Source: a virus
Reading direction: 5' to 3' (one strand)
DNA: 64,000 nt
UHGV virus genome: UHGV-0218015
Within the stretch, counting starts at the first letter, position 1, and the number at the start of each line of letters is the position of its first letter. Under the pieces are notes generated by a model. That model had not been told where the DNA came from. It made no database searches and saw only the letters and a program-made list of their open reading frames with translations. A program made the position numbers and the translations under genes. Of the stretch, positions 39,131 through 49,569 are shown piece by piece.

Positions 39131-42085
39131 TTAATCGGCGGTAGTATCGTGGCGGTTATAAACAATAACGATATCGTCTTTAAGTCCGATGTCGCCGCTG
39201 GCCTCAATGTCCAGCTTTTTACCTATAGTTGCTCTTGATGCTTCTGAGACAACGGTAAAGAGACGCATGTCTTTATCTGGCCCCATAGCATCGAGTTCAA
39301 CACCGATAATAGACGCATCGAGGGTTTCACTCAACGCATTACCGATTTCGGTTGCAGAGATTGTTAGATGGCTACCCAAGTAATCGTTGATAACCTGAGA
39401 AGTTTTCTTACGAATCTGCGTTAAGAGCTCGGTGTTATTACGGTTAGCAGCCGTTAGGTAATAGCGTACTGTGAACTGGTTTTCCGCAGGGACAGGTGTT
39501 ACTACCCCGTCCTCTGTACGAGCGTCGATATACCCCATTGTTGTAATCGGCACAAAGTAACCTTCGGTGCGTTCTAACAACATAGGCTTCAAAGTCGGGA
39601 GTATTACCGTGACGTAGTTAACGATGTTTTCGATAACTTCATTCAGATACGATTTCGCAGAAGGTGTCGTCGCGAATTTATATCGCGCATCGAACACTGC
39701 CATCTCACTCCGGAATTTGATAGAACGCGATTTCGCAATTTTCGGATTACCAAACTCGTCTTTAACTAAGTCTCCCTCACGGTGTAGGACGATCTGTTCC
39801 CCAGCTTCGTCGAGTTTAGGATCACCTTTACGATGTTCGTACGTGATCTGAAGTGGTGGTGTGCGGCCTGCATCGTAAGTATAGATTGGTACACCATTCT
39901 CATCGCGTTTAACAACATCGATCTCCCACGTTGCCATCACGTCTTGTTCGTAATACTGGTAGTTAATGCTGTCAGTAACAGCACGCGCTTTACGCCAGTA
40001 GTACGTCATTGCCTTACCCAATTCGATTTTGAAAATTTCATGGGTAATACCTATCGCATCACGTGATGGGGCAGTGATTAACGCATCCATTTCCGCACGT
40101 TCGTAATTGCCAGGGTAGTAACCCGTGCAGCCGTAGAACAGGTTGAAGTCTGTTGTCAGCGGTACAGGCGTTTCCGTTGGCGTGCTACTACTAATACGCG
40201 TATTCGTTAGTACCAATTCGTCATTACGGTCAACGTCCAGGTTGGTTTCCAGTAGGAACTCCCATACACGTTCGCTACCCTGCTTACCGACTAACGTACC
40301 GTTGATGTACGCTAAAGTGTTGTCTGCGTTACGCGGACGGAACGATAGCTGCGCAAAAACTTGGTCGTCGGTCAGTGCTTGATAAGGTGCCTCCGACTTC
40401 GTTACGGTACGCAAAACATAACCGGCTTCGGTCTTTTCGATAGTGTAGTCGGCCGTTACCACACTGAGTTCCGTACTTACGTTAGTAGCAATAAAGCGTT
40501 TGGAGTTTAACGTCGGTTTATCTAATTGATAAATACGAACGTCAATGGCTTTATTGTTGATATCCACAACGTAATGGAATGGTGTAAAGAGATAACGATT
40601 AGCGTTGGCCGCGTTAATCAAATCTTCTTTACGCATGGTTTTTGCTAAGACCGTCATTTCCGCATCAACCGTCAGGCTGGTGTCGGTGAATCGATAAAGC
40701 GTATCAGGAAGAATCGTCAGGCGATTACCGTTAACCTTTACCGTCGGCAGATTAACCAATTCATTCCAGGAGAAATAGAACGGTGCCGTGATTGTCCCGA
40801 TGGGAGAACTGACGTTGGGGATTGTCGAATCGAGCATCGGTGCCGTTAAGAAGTATGTACGGCTGGTAACATAGTCGTTTGGTTTCGACAACGTTAGGCC
40901 GTAATCGGAAACCGTTGCTTCTAATTGTTTCTCCGTTACAGGGAGTTTTCGTGCACCTACAGCGTTATTGACCACACGTGTACGCAAATCTTCGAACGTG
41001 AGCTGACTACGTCCACCTGATAACATTTTACCCGCTTTTGCAGCCATCTGTTTGATGGAAAAACTCTTAATCGGGTTAACGTAGTTTTCGTCGTACTCAC
41101 CGTTTAAATCGCGCAGCGTGAACGTGTATTCGTCAGACGGATAAGCCGAGATATCGACACTCAAAGGCCCTAAGGTCGTGTAGATATCCATGCGAATTTC
41201 GCCACTTACCAAATTCTTCGCCATGTAGATCGAAGGGATGGTACACCGTATAACACCGTCACCGACCTGAATCAACGCCGTTGGGGTGTTGGGGTCGTAA
41301 ACGTCACGACTGTGCGTATGTTGAATTTCAACCCACTTGTTATCGTTGGTTGATTTCATCCACACCCTTACGTAGAAAAATTTGTTAGTGTAATGGCGGG
41401 TCATGACAAAGGTATTTTTCCCCGCAACAGTGTCACTTTCGTTCTTCACCGCGTACTGCATGACGGGGATATGGATTGCCAGCAGTTGTGAAGCCGTGGT
41501 GTTAGACGATGTCAATTCCCAGTCCAGCGCATTCGTTGAGACAGGAGAAATAGGTGACTGTGTTTCGGTAATCCATAGAACCTGAAAAGCTGGGTTTTCA
41601 TTGGTGCCGTATGGAAGTACCCTGATTTCAATCGGGTATTGGATGGCGAAGGTGTAACCTGAAACCGTGAAAACTGTGTCTCGAGGGATAACAACTTTAC
41701 GCACACCCGCTATTTGCAAAGGGTACGCCTTGGAGATTAAACTGTCAACGTCGATTAATAACAACAACTCGGTGGTCGAAGGTTGGGCGAACACATCAAC
41801 ATAGTCCACATCGGACATATGTCGGAACAGGTCATCGTACGTTTGCGCCATCGATGGAAAAGTCTTTGGTACCGATTCTTGCAAACCCATGAGCGTCGCA
41901 TGACCTAACATTGTCCCCATTTCCGCCAAGTAAACAACAGGGTCTGTTGGATCACGTAACACTATTTGGCCTTCGGCGTCTTCTACATCCAGAAGCTGAT
42001 TCAAGAGCAGTGTTTGCATCGCTGCCGGATGGTGGGCAAACAACAATATGTTCTTTGCCAAAGTATCGTAAGTCGTAGAACTCAT
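39131..42085 (-). CDS. large hypothetical protein (984 aa), possibly virion structural
   Basis: long minus-strand ORF, stop/start overlap with the next minus gene; no motif recognised. Confidence 0.5.
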   Translation of the reverse strand: MSSTTYDTLAKNILLFAHHPAAMQTLLLNQLLDVEDAEGQIVLRDPTDPVVYLAEMGTMLGHATLMGLQESVPKTFPSMAQTYDDLFRHMSDVDYVDVFAQPSTTELLLLIDVDSLISKAYPLQIAGVRKVVIPRDTVFTVSGYTFAIQYPIEIRVLPYGTNENPAFQVLWITETQSPISPVSTNALDWELTSSNTTASQLLAIHIPVMQYAVKNESDTVAGKNTFVMTRHYTNKFFYVRVWMKSTNDNKWVEIQHTHSRDVYDPNTPTALIQVGDGVIRCTIPSIYMAKNLVSGEIRMDIYTTLGPLSVDISAYPSDEYTFTLRDLNGEYDENYVNPIKSFSIKQMAAKAGKMLSGGRSQLTFEDLRTRVVNNAVGARKLPVTEKQLEATVSDYGLTLSKPNDYVTSRTYFLTAPMLDSTIPNVSSPIGTITAPFYFSWNELVNLPTVKVNGNRLTILPDTLYRFTDTSLTVDAEMTVLAKTMRKEDLINAANANRYLFTPFHYVVDINNKAIDVRIYQLDKPTLNSKRFIATNVSTELSVVTADYTIEKTEAGYVLRTVTKSEAPYQALTDDQVFAQLSFRPRNADNTLAYINGTLVGKQGSERVWEFLLETNLDVDRNDELVLTNTRISSSTPTETPVPLTTDFNLFYGCTGYYPGNYERAEMDALITAPSRDAIGITHEIFKIELGKAMTYYWRKARAVTDSINYQYYEQDVMATWEIDVVKRDENGVPIYTYDAGRTPPLQITYEHRKGDPKLDEAGEQIVLHREGDLVKDEFGNPKIAKSRSIKFRSEMAVFDARYKFATTPSAKSYLNEVIENIVNYVTVILPTLKPMLLERTEGYFVPITTMGYIDARTEDGVVTPVPAENQFTVRYYLTAANRNNTELLTQIRKKTSQVINDYLGSHLTISATEIGNALSETLDASIIGVELDAMGPDKDMRLFTVVSEASRATIGKKLDIEASGDIGLKDDIVIVYNRHDTTAD

Positions 42086-43383
42086 CAGTTATTACCTGTC
42101 GGTAGTGAAGCGGCATTAGCATTATCCAGTAATCCCGCTTTCTTGAGAATATGTTGGTAGTCTGCTTGGTAAACATACCAGGTAAGTTTGCGTCGTACGG
42201 AATCGATGTGTGGATAACCGTAATAGTTGAATAACGGCAGTAGTTGTGGCGCGATGGGCACTAATTGATCGCTGGCAATCGGGATAAAGTTGCCCGACTG
42301 GATAGAACCAGGTTGCGGTAACATATCCGGATTAAAAATGGAGACGGTGCGGTTAAACATTTCCATGTATAACGGATCGTTAAACCGCGCACCGATAGCT
42401 TGCCAGTTAATAGTAATCGTAACGTCATCGTTTAACTGCGGTTTGGAGTTATCAACGTTCGCCATTTGTCCTGCGTTATCGTTCATTGGCCACGCGACAC
42501 AAATCGTCCAGAAGCGGGTGATGTTTCCCAGAGCATCGTAACGCATCCCGTAAATTCGTGACTGATAATCGATTCTGCGTTGAATGGAGTTGCGCATCTT
42601 CGGACGGAATTTACCCATCTTCACGCCAGACATATACTCTAGCCACACGCCCATCATTTTCATTAACGGGTCGCCATAAGGGTTGTTTAATGACATGCTG
42701 ATGGAAAAGCTATTGTTAACTTCGTGGGTAGAGTCAACCATCCCCCATTGTTCACGCATTAAACCTTCACTTGCCATCCAGTTATCAATCGATTGATCGG
42801 GTGCACCACTAAGGCTGATCAGTTGCGTACTGAGTATTGGTATGAACGCTTGTAGATTATCGAATTTTACTTGAGGCATAAACGGCGTACCTAAGCGATT
42901 CTTTCGTCTACCGTTTTCCATAGGTGCGTCTGTAAACCCGAGTTCAAAATCAGGGTCAAGCGCAGCTAAAATCGAATAATCTATGGAGTCCTTTGGCTGC
43001 ATTGCCATGTTCGACATTTTACGTGACTTAGCAATGTTGTCGTAGCACAGGTTAAAATCGGGCCGGGTAATAAAAGTTAGTCCACCGTATTCTCGGTTGA
43101 TTGGCGTGGGGTTAGACGCCATCATATGGTTGAACCCCATGTAGGGGTTGGTCAAACGCTGCGCAGCAAGACCCAAACCTACAGTAAGACGGATACGATC
43201 GTTCCATGCCGTAAGTTCAGTATTAGCGTCGTAAGGCGTCGGGGGGTTAGCATTACTAATCCGTCCGTCGAAATATCCTGCGACCGAAGGCACCGCGTCC
43301 GCGTTATTCGGATTGTGGAGAGAATCGTCGTAGTCAGTATTCGGGTCATACCCCGGATCGTTCTTATCTGTCTCGTCACTCAT
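42085..43383 (-). CDS. hypothetical protein (432 aa)
   Basis: minus-strand ORF coupled to the 984-aa gene. Confidence 0.5.
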   Translation of the reverse strand: MSDETDKNDPGYDPNTDYDDSLHNPNNADAVPSVAGYFDGRISNANPPTPYDANTELTAWNDRIRLTVGLGLAAQRLTNPYMGFNHMMASNPTPINREYGGLTFITRPDFNLCYDNIAKSRKMSNMAMQPKDSIDYSILAALDPDFELGFTDAPMENGRRKNRLGTPFMPQVKFDNLQAFIPILSTQLISLSGAPDQSIDNWMASEGLMREQWGMVDSTHEVNNSFSISMSLNNPYGDPLMKMMGVWLEYMSGVKMGKFRPKMRNSIQRRIDYQSRIYGMRYDALGNITRFWTICVAWPMNDNAGQMANVDNSKPQLNDDVTITINWQAIGARFNDPLYMEMFNRTVSIFNPDMLPQPGSIQSGNFIPIASDQLVPIAPQLLPLFNYYGYPHIDSVRRKLTWYVYQADYQHILKKAGLLDNANAASLPTGNN

Positions 43384-43409
43384 CTTTAACTCCGGAGTTC
43401 ATTAGGAAA

Positions 43410-44516
43410 ATGTTAGAAAAAACGTTTGAGACAAGCGTTGTCTCTTTCCTCTCCAGACTTCCCATGCTGTTTCGTTCGCGTGCGGAGTCGATGGAGGAAT
43501 TTAACTCAGTGCTCTATAACGAGCACATTACCTTAGTCGAACAAAGCCTGCTGGGTTTAGATTACCTTCCGGGAATTCTGGAGAAAATCCAAATTTTGCT
43601 GGCAGGAAACCAATTAACGGCTATCTCACTGTTAACCGGTGTACCGGATGTTGACATTATCGGTACCCTGGATCAGGTCAGCACACGTCGTAGTGCGCTT
43701 GATAACGCAGTCCGCACCGGTTCCCGCTTAGCAGCGCTTGCAGTCGGCGAATCTGCCCGTTATGGTTTACCATCATACGATAAAATCGGCATTGCAGTCG
43801 GCGAATCTGCCCGACGGGTCGCCCAGGAATCAAAAGGTTCGGTCAGTGGCGGGAAAGGTGAACCGATTAAACTGCTTTTCGATCAAGAAGGGTTGTCCAA
43901 CGGGAAAATGTTCTCAGTAACATTCGAACGTGACGGTAATAAAGTCGAACTCCCAATGCGCCTACGTTTGGATGTGAAATCCTTACCGACCGAACAAATT
44001 GAAACGCTGATTGCGTTCAGTGACCAGACGAAAACATTCTGGGAACGTTGGCTGCGTGCACGTGTTGGTGCGTTGAGTTACGTAAAAGACATCGCGTTCT
44101 GTAACGACCTGGTAGAAGAATATCGTAAGAACCGTTATCGCGATAAGTCCGGCTATTACCGTAAGATGATGGAGAAGAAGAACGGTAACTGGTTATCTGG
44201 TTTGCTGTCTCTGGCACCGTCTATCAATAACGCTTCTTCCGTCATGGTGGTTTCTCAAGACACAATCGACGGCTTGACCGCACAGCTAGGTGGCGAATTC
44301 GACGATTTCAATATCCGTCAACGTGTATTCAAAGACACCCTGACTGTCTACTATGTTGTTGTGGACACCACCTGGAATCGTGTCACTATTTATACCCGTG
44401 GTCAGAATGGCTCTCAGGAACTCGATAAATCTGACTTTAGTAAATCGAAGTCTGGTAGCGCCGATGTGAATAAAATCATCGAAGCGTATCGCTCTGGCGC
44501 TCAGCCAGTTCTTTAA
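43410..44516 (+). CDS. hypothetical protein (368 aa)
   Basis: ORF. Confidence 0.5.
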   Translation: MLEKTFETSVVSFLSRLPMLFRSRAESMEEFNSVLYNEHITLVEQSLLGLDYLPGILEKIQILLAGNQLTAISLLTGVPDVDIIGTLDQVSTRRSALDNAVRTGSRLAALAVGESARYGLPSYDKIGIAVGESARRVAQESKGSVSGGKGEPIKLLFDQEGLSNGKMFSVTFERDGNKVELPMRLRLDVKSLPTEQIETLIAFSDQTKTFWERWLRARVGALSYVKDIAFCNDLVEEYRKNRYRDKSGYYRKMMEKKNGNWLSGLLSLAPSINNASSVMVVSQDTIDGLTAQLGGEFDDFNIRQRVFKDTLTVYYVVVDTTWNRVTIYTRGQNGSQELDKSDFSKSKSGSADVNKIIEAYRSGAQPVL

Positions 44517-44526
44517 GGGGTAAGGC

Positions 44527-45462
44527 ATGGCAATCCCGAATATGCTCGCTATGTTGTTGCCGAGCTTTGAAGCAACAAACTTGAAAAACCAGCTCTCATC
44601 AAACTGTGATGCGATTGGTGAACAACTTTTACCGCGTTTCCAGTCTCTGCAAGAGCTGGTAGCGTCGAAAGAAGGCAAGCCGTTCAAATCGAAAACGGTG
44701 CAGGACATGTCGGATGATTTGGTTAAGTACCTGCGGAATTCCGGTCTGGAAGCCAAAGGTCTCCGTAATCCTTCGATGCTGGAATACATCGTTGCCTCGA
44801 TGGAAAACACGCTACAATTGCGTTCTTTCTTAGACCAATGTATTACACGTGACATTGGTAAAGCGTTAGTCACGTCTTCAATGACGTTTAATAAATTAAC
44901 GGTGCTCAGACTGCTTGACCTGATTGATTTCTTTACAGGCTACAGTGCCACCTTACTTAACTACGTAACCGCAGAAGAAATAGCCGCCGTAGAAGGCTCG
45001 AATATTGAAGTAAAAGGCGTCGGTCCGAATGACCTTCAATACCTCAATACTCGTTCTATTTCTTACTGCATTGCTGTCCGTGTGCTGGCAACGCCGCTGA
45101 ATAAACTGAAAGCGGATTATGCGGAAATTCCTGAAGCGATCTTTAACGACGAAACTTACGGTGAGTTGGCGCAACAGTTCGGTTCGAGCTCCGTTGACCC
45201 ACTGGGAATGAGCAGTGTACCGTTCCCAATCTCACTGATACTGCGCGTACGTTTAAATATCGCTGAACGGCAGATGGATAAGTACGACGAGTGTGTAGAA
45301 GCGGCGAAAGCGGCGGAACTGCGTATCTTACTTTACAAAAAGCAAGTCGCAGAAGGTAAGGGTGATGCCCACATTGAGAAACTGATTGAAATCAGTGAAA
45401 AGCATCTGATGGAACTCAAGCACAAGCGTGAGCGTCTTGAAAAGAAATACGGTTTAGCGTAA
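44527..45462 (+). CDS. hypothetical protein (311 aa)
   Basis: ORF with AAGGGG RBS. Confidence 0.5.
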   Translation: MAIPNMLAMLLPSFEATNLKNQLSSNCDAIGEQLLPRFQSLQELVASKEGKPFKSKTVQDMSDDLVKYLRNSGLEAKGLRNPSMLEYIVASMENTLQLRSFLDQCITRDIGKALVTSSMTFNKLTVLRLLDLIDFFTGYSATLLNYVTAEEIAAVEGSNIEVKGVGPNDLQYLNTRSISYCIAVRVLATPLNKLKADYAEIPEAIFNDETYGELAQQFGSSSVDPLGMSSVPFPISLILRVRLNIAERQMDKYDECVEAAKAAELRILLYKKQVAEGKGDAHIEKLIEISEKHLMELKHKRERLEKKYGLA

Positions 45463-45479
45463 ACCGTTAGGAGAGGCGA

Positions 45480-46040
45480 ATGTTTGAGCACGATAGTCCA
45501 GAATTTAGTGTTGCTGTAGAGCGCATTAAATCCTACATGTCGATTTTATCGAAGAACCCAATCGACACACACGATGACGAAGTTATTCACAAAACATTGG
45601 AAGCGGCTGCCGTTCTTTTACCGTATTTTCGTCTGATGGCTGCTGACTCATTGCAGCAGGTATTATATGACGAATATCCGCAGGTCGGATTTACCTTTAA
45701 TACGTTTTATAACGAAAGCGTAGCCTTCCTGCTGGATGGTAAGCGACGTAATGTGACGTTAGGGCAGTGGTCGACTTTGCTGTCGTCGTATATGAACGAT
45801 GTTCGTAACACGAAGAATGTTGAACAGACGGGTGGATTAGGCTCACGTCTACTAGCTGCTGCGTTTGGTCGCCGAGGTACTGTACGTAATATGGGCTCCG
45901 CTCACCAATCCATTGAGTGTAGCAAACGTCTTTTATCTTATGCAGACCATGAACTGCTGGCACGCTGGATGACACGCCCGAACGGGTTGTCCGACATGAT
46001 CTCGTCGTTAGCAGTGTTTTTGAAAATCGCACGTCCCTAA
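45480..46040 (+). CDS. hypothetical protein (186 aa)
   Basis: ORF with GGAGAGG RBS. Confidence 0.5.
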   Translation: MFEHDSPEFSVAVERIKSYMSILSKNPIDTHDDEVIHKTLEAAAVLLPYFRLMAADSLQQVLYDEYPQVGFTFNTFYNESVAFLLDGKRRNVTLGQWSTLLSSYMNDVRNTKNVEQTGGLGSRLLAAAFGRRGTVRNMGSAHQSIECSKRLLSYADHELLARWMTRPNGLSDMISSLAVFLKIARP

Positions 46041-46099
46041 GGGGGCCCCTCATTCTAGGGGCGTGTAATTGGGTTATATAACCAAAGGAAATAAACGAA

Positions 46100-47371
46100 A
46101 TGGCAAATTTCGCAAAAACTCGCGCCGCTCGTGAATCGATGGAAGCGGCCGATGAAGTAATCGACGGTATCAGCAACGTTGAACCGGCAGAAGAGAACCT
46201 GGACGTCCAACTTGCGGACGTTGCATCTATCGACGGTCAGCTCGATCAGCTGGAAACCGACGGTGAAACCCTGGCTGCCGATACCGAGCGTACTGAAGAC
46301 GCTATCGAACAGGCGGAAGAAGCCGTTGCTAACGGTGAAGAAATGCCGGAAGAAGCGGTTGCCCTGCACGAAGTGGCACAGGAATCCATCGCACGTCGTT
46401 GGTGCCTGGAACGTACTAAACTGGCTCGCGAATCCTATCGCCGTGGTCGTGGTATGACTGCTGCTGCCCAGGAAGGTTGGAAAGAAACCCTGAAAGATCT
46501 TTACGATCGTTTCATTCAGTTCTGTAAAGAAGTGATTGCGAAGATCAAAGACCTGAAACTGAAATATTTCAACGTCGGTAAGACTGCACAGAAACGTGCG
46601 AAGAAATATCAGGAAATGCTGCGTAAGCTGGGCAAACAGAAGAAAGATGAGATCTCTGGTGGGTTTATCACCAAGCTGTCTATCGAAGGTAAATTCGATG
46701 CTGCTGGCTCTATCGCTATTGCGAAAGAAGTTACCGCTGGTAAAGCTAAAGGTTCCATCAGTGCTCTGGAAAAACAGGCCGGTGAAGCTGTAACTGCTGT
46801 GAGCAAGGGTGACGACGATTCCTTCAAAGCAATGCGCGGCGATCAGCCTGTAGACCTGTTCGGTAAAGCAGCGTCTAAACTGCATTCTCTGCCGAATTTT
46901 GAAAAAGGCGATGCGTCTAAATTGCTGGCACTGCCAGGCAACGCGTACATTCAGGCTGGTACTAAAGAACTGGCTGGCGGCCACAAGTTCACCGCAATTG
47001 CTTTCATGAGCACCGGTGACGCTTCTGACGATAAAGACGTGAAAACTCCGTCTGTTTCTGAAATGGCTGGTGCTGCTTCTGCTCTGGAAGCAATCGGTAA
47101 AGGCTTCGAAGCCGTACTGAAAGATTTCCGTGCTTACGATTCTGAAATCGTGAAACTGCAACAGGCTGCTGAAAAAGCAACCAAAGAGCTGAATAACGAG
47201 AAAGACGAAAGCAAATGGGATGGCCTGCGTAACGCACGTCAAGCTGCTGATTGGTCTGTTAAGAACTACCAGACCCTGAACCGCGCCGTTAGCTATGTTG
47301 CTAACACCGTTATTAGCGGTCTGAATGGTTACCTGGGTGCTGGTATCGGTGCTTACGAAAAATCTAAATAA
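46100..47371 (+). CDS. abundant paralog A (423 aa); putative processed virion-internal protein
   Basis: extreme codon bias (395-codon antisense shadow); acidic N-terminal region with ARES, AQES motifs; shares RKLGKQKKDEISGGFI and C-terminal GYLGAGIGAYEKSK with downstream paralog. Confidence 0.6.
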   Translation: MANFAKTRAARESMEAADEVIDGISNVEPAEENLDVQLADVASIDGQLDQLETDGETLAADTERTEDAIEQAEEAVANGEEMPEEAVALHEVAQESIARRWCLERTKLARESYRRGRGMTAAAQEGWKETLKDLYDRFIQFCKEVIAKIKDLKLKYFNVGKTAQKRAKKYQEMLRKLGKQKKDEISGGFITKLSIEGKFDAAGSIAIAKEVTAGKAKGSISALEKQAGEAVTAVSKGDDDSFKAMRGDQPVDLFGKAASKLHSLPNFEKGDASKLLALPGNAYIQAGTKELAGGHKFTAIAFMSTGDASDDKDVKTPSVSEMAGAASALEAIGKGFEAVLKDFRAYDSEIVKLQQAAEKATKELNNEKDESKWDGLRNARQAADWSVKNYQTLNRAVSYVANTVISGLNGYLGAGIGAYEKSK

Positions 47372-47453
47372 TAATTTAGATTCGTAGTTCCGTACAGTTC
47401 TTGAAATAAATCATCAGGGGAACAACGCGTTCCCCTTAGAGGAAAAGCTTAAA

Positions 47454-48719
47454 ATGGCGAATTTCTACAAAAACAAAATTGCTCGTGAGTCTATGGAGTC
47501 TACCGCTACTGTAGTTCCAGACGGCATCGAACTGCCAGCAGAATCCGTAGAAGGCACTCTGGCCGATATCGAGCATGACACCAAACCGATCGAAGCCCTG
47601 GACGCTGACGCTGAACTGCTGGCAGAAGACGGCGACGAAACTGACGCACAGCTGGATGTTCTGGATGAAGCTCAGGCCGCTGCTGACGGTGAAGGTGCTG
47701 GCGAAGACGGCGAAGACCCGATGGACGCCGAAGAAGATATGCCGGACGACGCTGCGACCGCGCTGGACGTTGCTCAGGAATCTATCCGTTCTCGTTGGAA
47801 CTTCGATCACCGTTCTTCCGTTGCACACGAATCCTACGGTTCTCGTAACCGTCGCCAGGTGGCTCGTGAATCCCTGTGGGAAGACATTAAAGCCTTCCTG
47901 GGTCGTATCTGGGAATGGCTGAAAGAACAAGGCCGTAAGATCAAAGATCGTTGGCTGAAATTCTCCAACCAGGGTAAATCTATCCAGGCGCGTGCTAAGA
48001 AATACGATGAAGTTATTCGTAAGCTGGGCAAACAGAAGAAAGATGAGATCTCTGGTGGGTTTATCAAGTCTCTGTCTATCGATGGCAAGTTCGTCGGCGA
48101 TAATATTCCGAAACTGAAAGGTATCCTTAGCCAGGTTTCCACATTCTATAGCACTAAGATGCCTTCCATGGCCGCTAAAGCTGCTGAAATGGTTTCCGAT
48201 GTTACCAAAGGTAATGGTGCTAAAGTTGAAAAACTGAAAGCCGACTTTACCGAACTGGCCGAAAAAGACAGTCAACAAAACTTCAAACTCGGTAACATGG
48301 CGTTGAAAACCGAGTATGACAACGAAGGCGGTTTCAGCTCCACCTTTGTTGCAGCAGAAAATAGCGTTGAAACTAGTGTGAAAACTCCGTCTGCTGGCGA
48401 ATTGGCTAAAATCAACGCCTTCTTCAATGAAGTGGGCAAACAGATTGAGAAGAACGTTCAGGATTATCGTAAAGTCGAAAGCGCGCGGAAAACTTTTGAA
48501 GATAATATCGATAAGCTCCTGAAAGAAGTCGATAAAGTTAAGATCGACGAAAAACCGGAACTGACCGAAGCTGTACGTGCTGCCCGTCGTTACATCACCA
48601 GCATTAACCAGGCCCTGTCTCTGGGTGAGAAAGTTATTGCTTCTACTCAGAAACATCTGGCTGGCGGTCTGAACGGCTATATCTCCGCAGGTATCGCTGC
48701 TTACGAAAAATCTAAATAA
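47454..48719 (+). CDS. abundant paralog B (421 aa); putative processed virion-internal protein
   Basis: paralog of 46100..47371 (MANF.K...ARESMES, AQESIRSRW, RKLGKQKKDEISGGFI, AGIAAYEKSK); 436-codon antisense shadow; strong terminator. Confidence 0.6.
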   Translation: MANFYKNKIARESMESTATVVPDGIELPAESVEGTLADIEHDTKPIEALDADAELLAEDGDETDAQLDVLDEAQAAADGEGAGEDGEDPMDAEEDMPDDAATALDVAQESIRSRWNFDHRSSVAHESYGSRNRRQVARESLWEDIKAFLGRIWEWLKEQGRKIKDRWLKFSNQGKSIQARAKKYDEVIRKLGKQKKDEISGGFIKSLSIDGKFVGDNIPKLKGILSQVSTFYSTKMPSMAAKAAEMVSDVTKGNGAKVEKLKADFTELAEKDSQQNFKLGNMALKTEYDNEGGFSSTFVAAENSVETSVKTPSAGELAKINAFFNEVGKQIEKNVQDYRKVESARKTFEDNIDKLLKEVDKVKIDEKPELTEAVRAARRYITSINQALSLGEKVIASTQKHLAGGLNGYISAGIAAYEKSK

Positions 48720-48737
48720 TCTCTGATTGTTTAGTAA

Positions 48738-48785
48738 GAGAACCACCCTATTACAGGGTGGTTCTCTCTTTTCTTTTTTTTTTTC
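48738..48785 (+). terminator. intrinsic terminator (strong)
   Basis: gagaaccaccct attac agggtggttctc followed by about 19-nt T-run. Confidence 0.75.
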
Positions 48786-48796
48786 GATTAAAAATA

Positions 48797-48821
48797 ATTT
48801 CAGATATATATTACCTAGGTG
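48797..48821 (+). promoter_or_regulatory. promoter-like motif TATATATTACCTAGGTG (class 2)
   Basis: atttcagatatatattacctaggtg; identical 25-mer at 57053..57077; contains TATATTAC. Confidence 0.5.
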
Positions 48822-48874
48822 GGATTATACAATAATCTCTTTACGACTTGTTTATTACGTTTAGGAGAAATATC

Positions 48875-49516
48875 ATGAGCCGCATTAATTTAACTGATTT
48901 TGTTGATGGTGTTGTGTCTATGGAGAAAGGTGTCGTTACGATGGTGGCACCGAACAGTAAAGTTGTTACTTTAAATCCGGTAGAAGTGATTTCTATTTCT
49001 ACCTGGTTGCGCTTACTTTCTGGTAAGAAACCTAAAGAGCAAACGAAGGGTGGCTTATTAGTCGGTACACGCGAGTTTGTTTTCAAAGCCATAAACCAAG
49101 ATAAACTGGACAGCTTTGCTAACGAACTGAACGCCAAACTTAAAACCAACGGGATCGGGAGTGCCGAATACGACGGAGTAACGTACCATGCATTTCTTGA
49201 TAGCCACGTAGCGTTGCGTGAAAAAGAAAATGGAATGTACGATTCCGTTTGTTTCTTTCATTTAATTGCACCAACAGAGAACGATGCTGTGTATAATACC
49301 ATTGAAAAATCGGCGGAAGCTGTTATGGAAACGGTATCAGAACTTGTAGAAGGGATGAAAAGAATCCCACGTGTGTTGAAAGTTACTGATGGTGCTATCG
49401 ATTGTTTTAAATTATTACCCCTAATAGCCAGTAAAGAATTCGAAGAAGAGAACACGTTCGGACTATTTGAACTTAGCCTTTCGGAAGCAGTTGTTACTTT
49501 CTTTGAAAACTTGTAA
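48875..49516 (+). CDS. hypothetical protein
   Basis: ORF 48848..49516; start moved to ATG 48875 with TAGGAG RBS. Confidence 0.5.
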   Translation: MSRINLTDFVDGVVSMEKGVVTMVAPNSKVVTLNPVEVISISTWLRLLSGKKPKEQTKGGLLVGTREFVFKAINQDKLDSFANELNAKLKTNGIGSAEYDGVTYHAFLDSHVALREKENGMYDSVCFFHLIAPTENDAVYNTIEKSAEAVMETVSELVEGMKRIPRVLKVTDGAIDCFKLLPLIASKEFEEENTFGLFELSLSEAVVTFFENL

Positions 49517-49518
49517 GT

Positions 49519-49550
49519 TAAAGCCCTCTACGGAGGGCTTTATTTTTTTC
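49519..49550 (+). terminator. intrinsic terminator
   Basis: aaagccctc tacg gagggcttt followed by T-run. Confidence 0.65.
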
Positions 49551-49569
49551 GACCTTTAGGAGAATAGAA

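Noticed and set aside
46055-48746. Two long minus-strand ORFs (395 and 436 codons) antisense to the tandem paralogs
   Set aside because: Antisense shadows of strongly codon-biased genes; products are repetitive F/S/R-rich nonsense.
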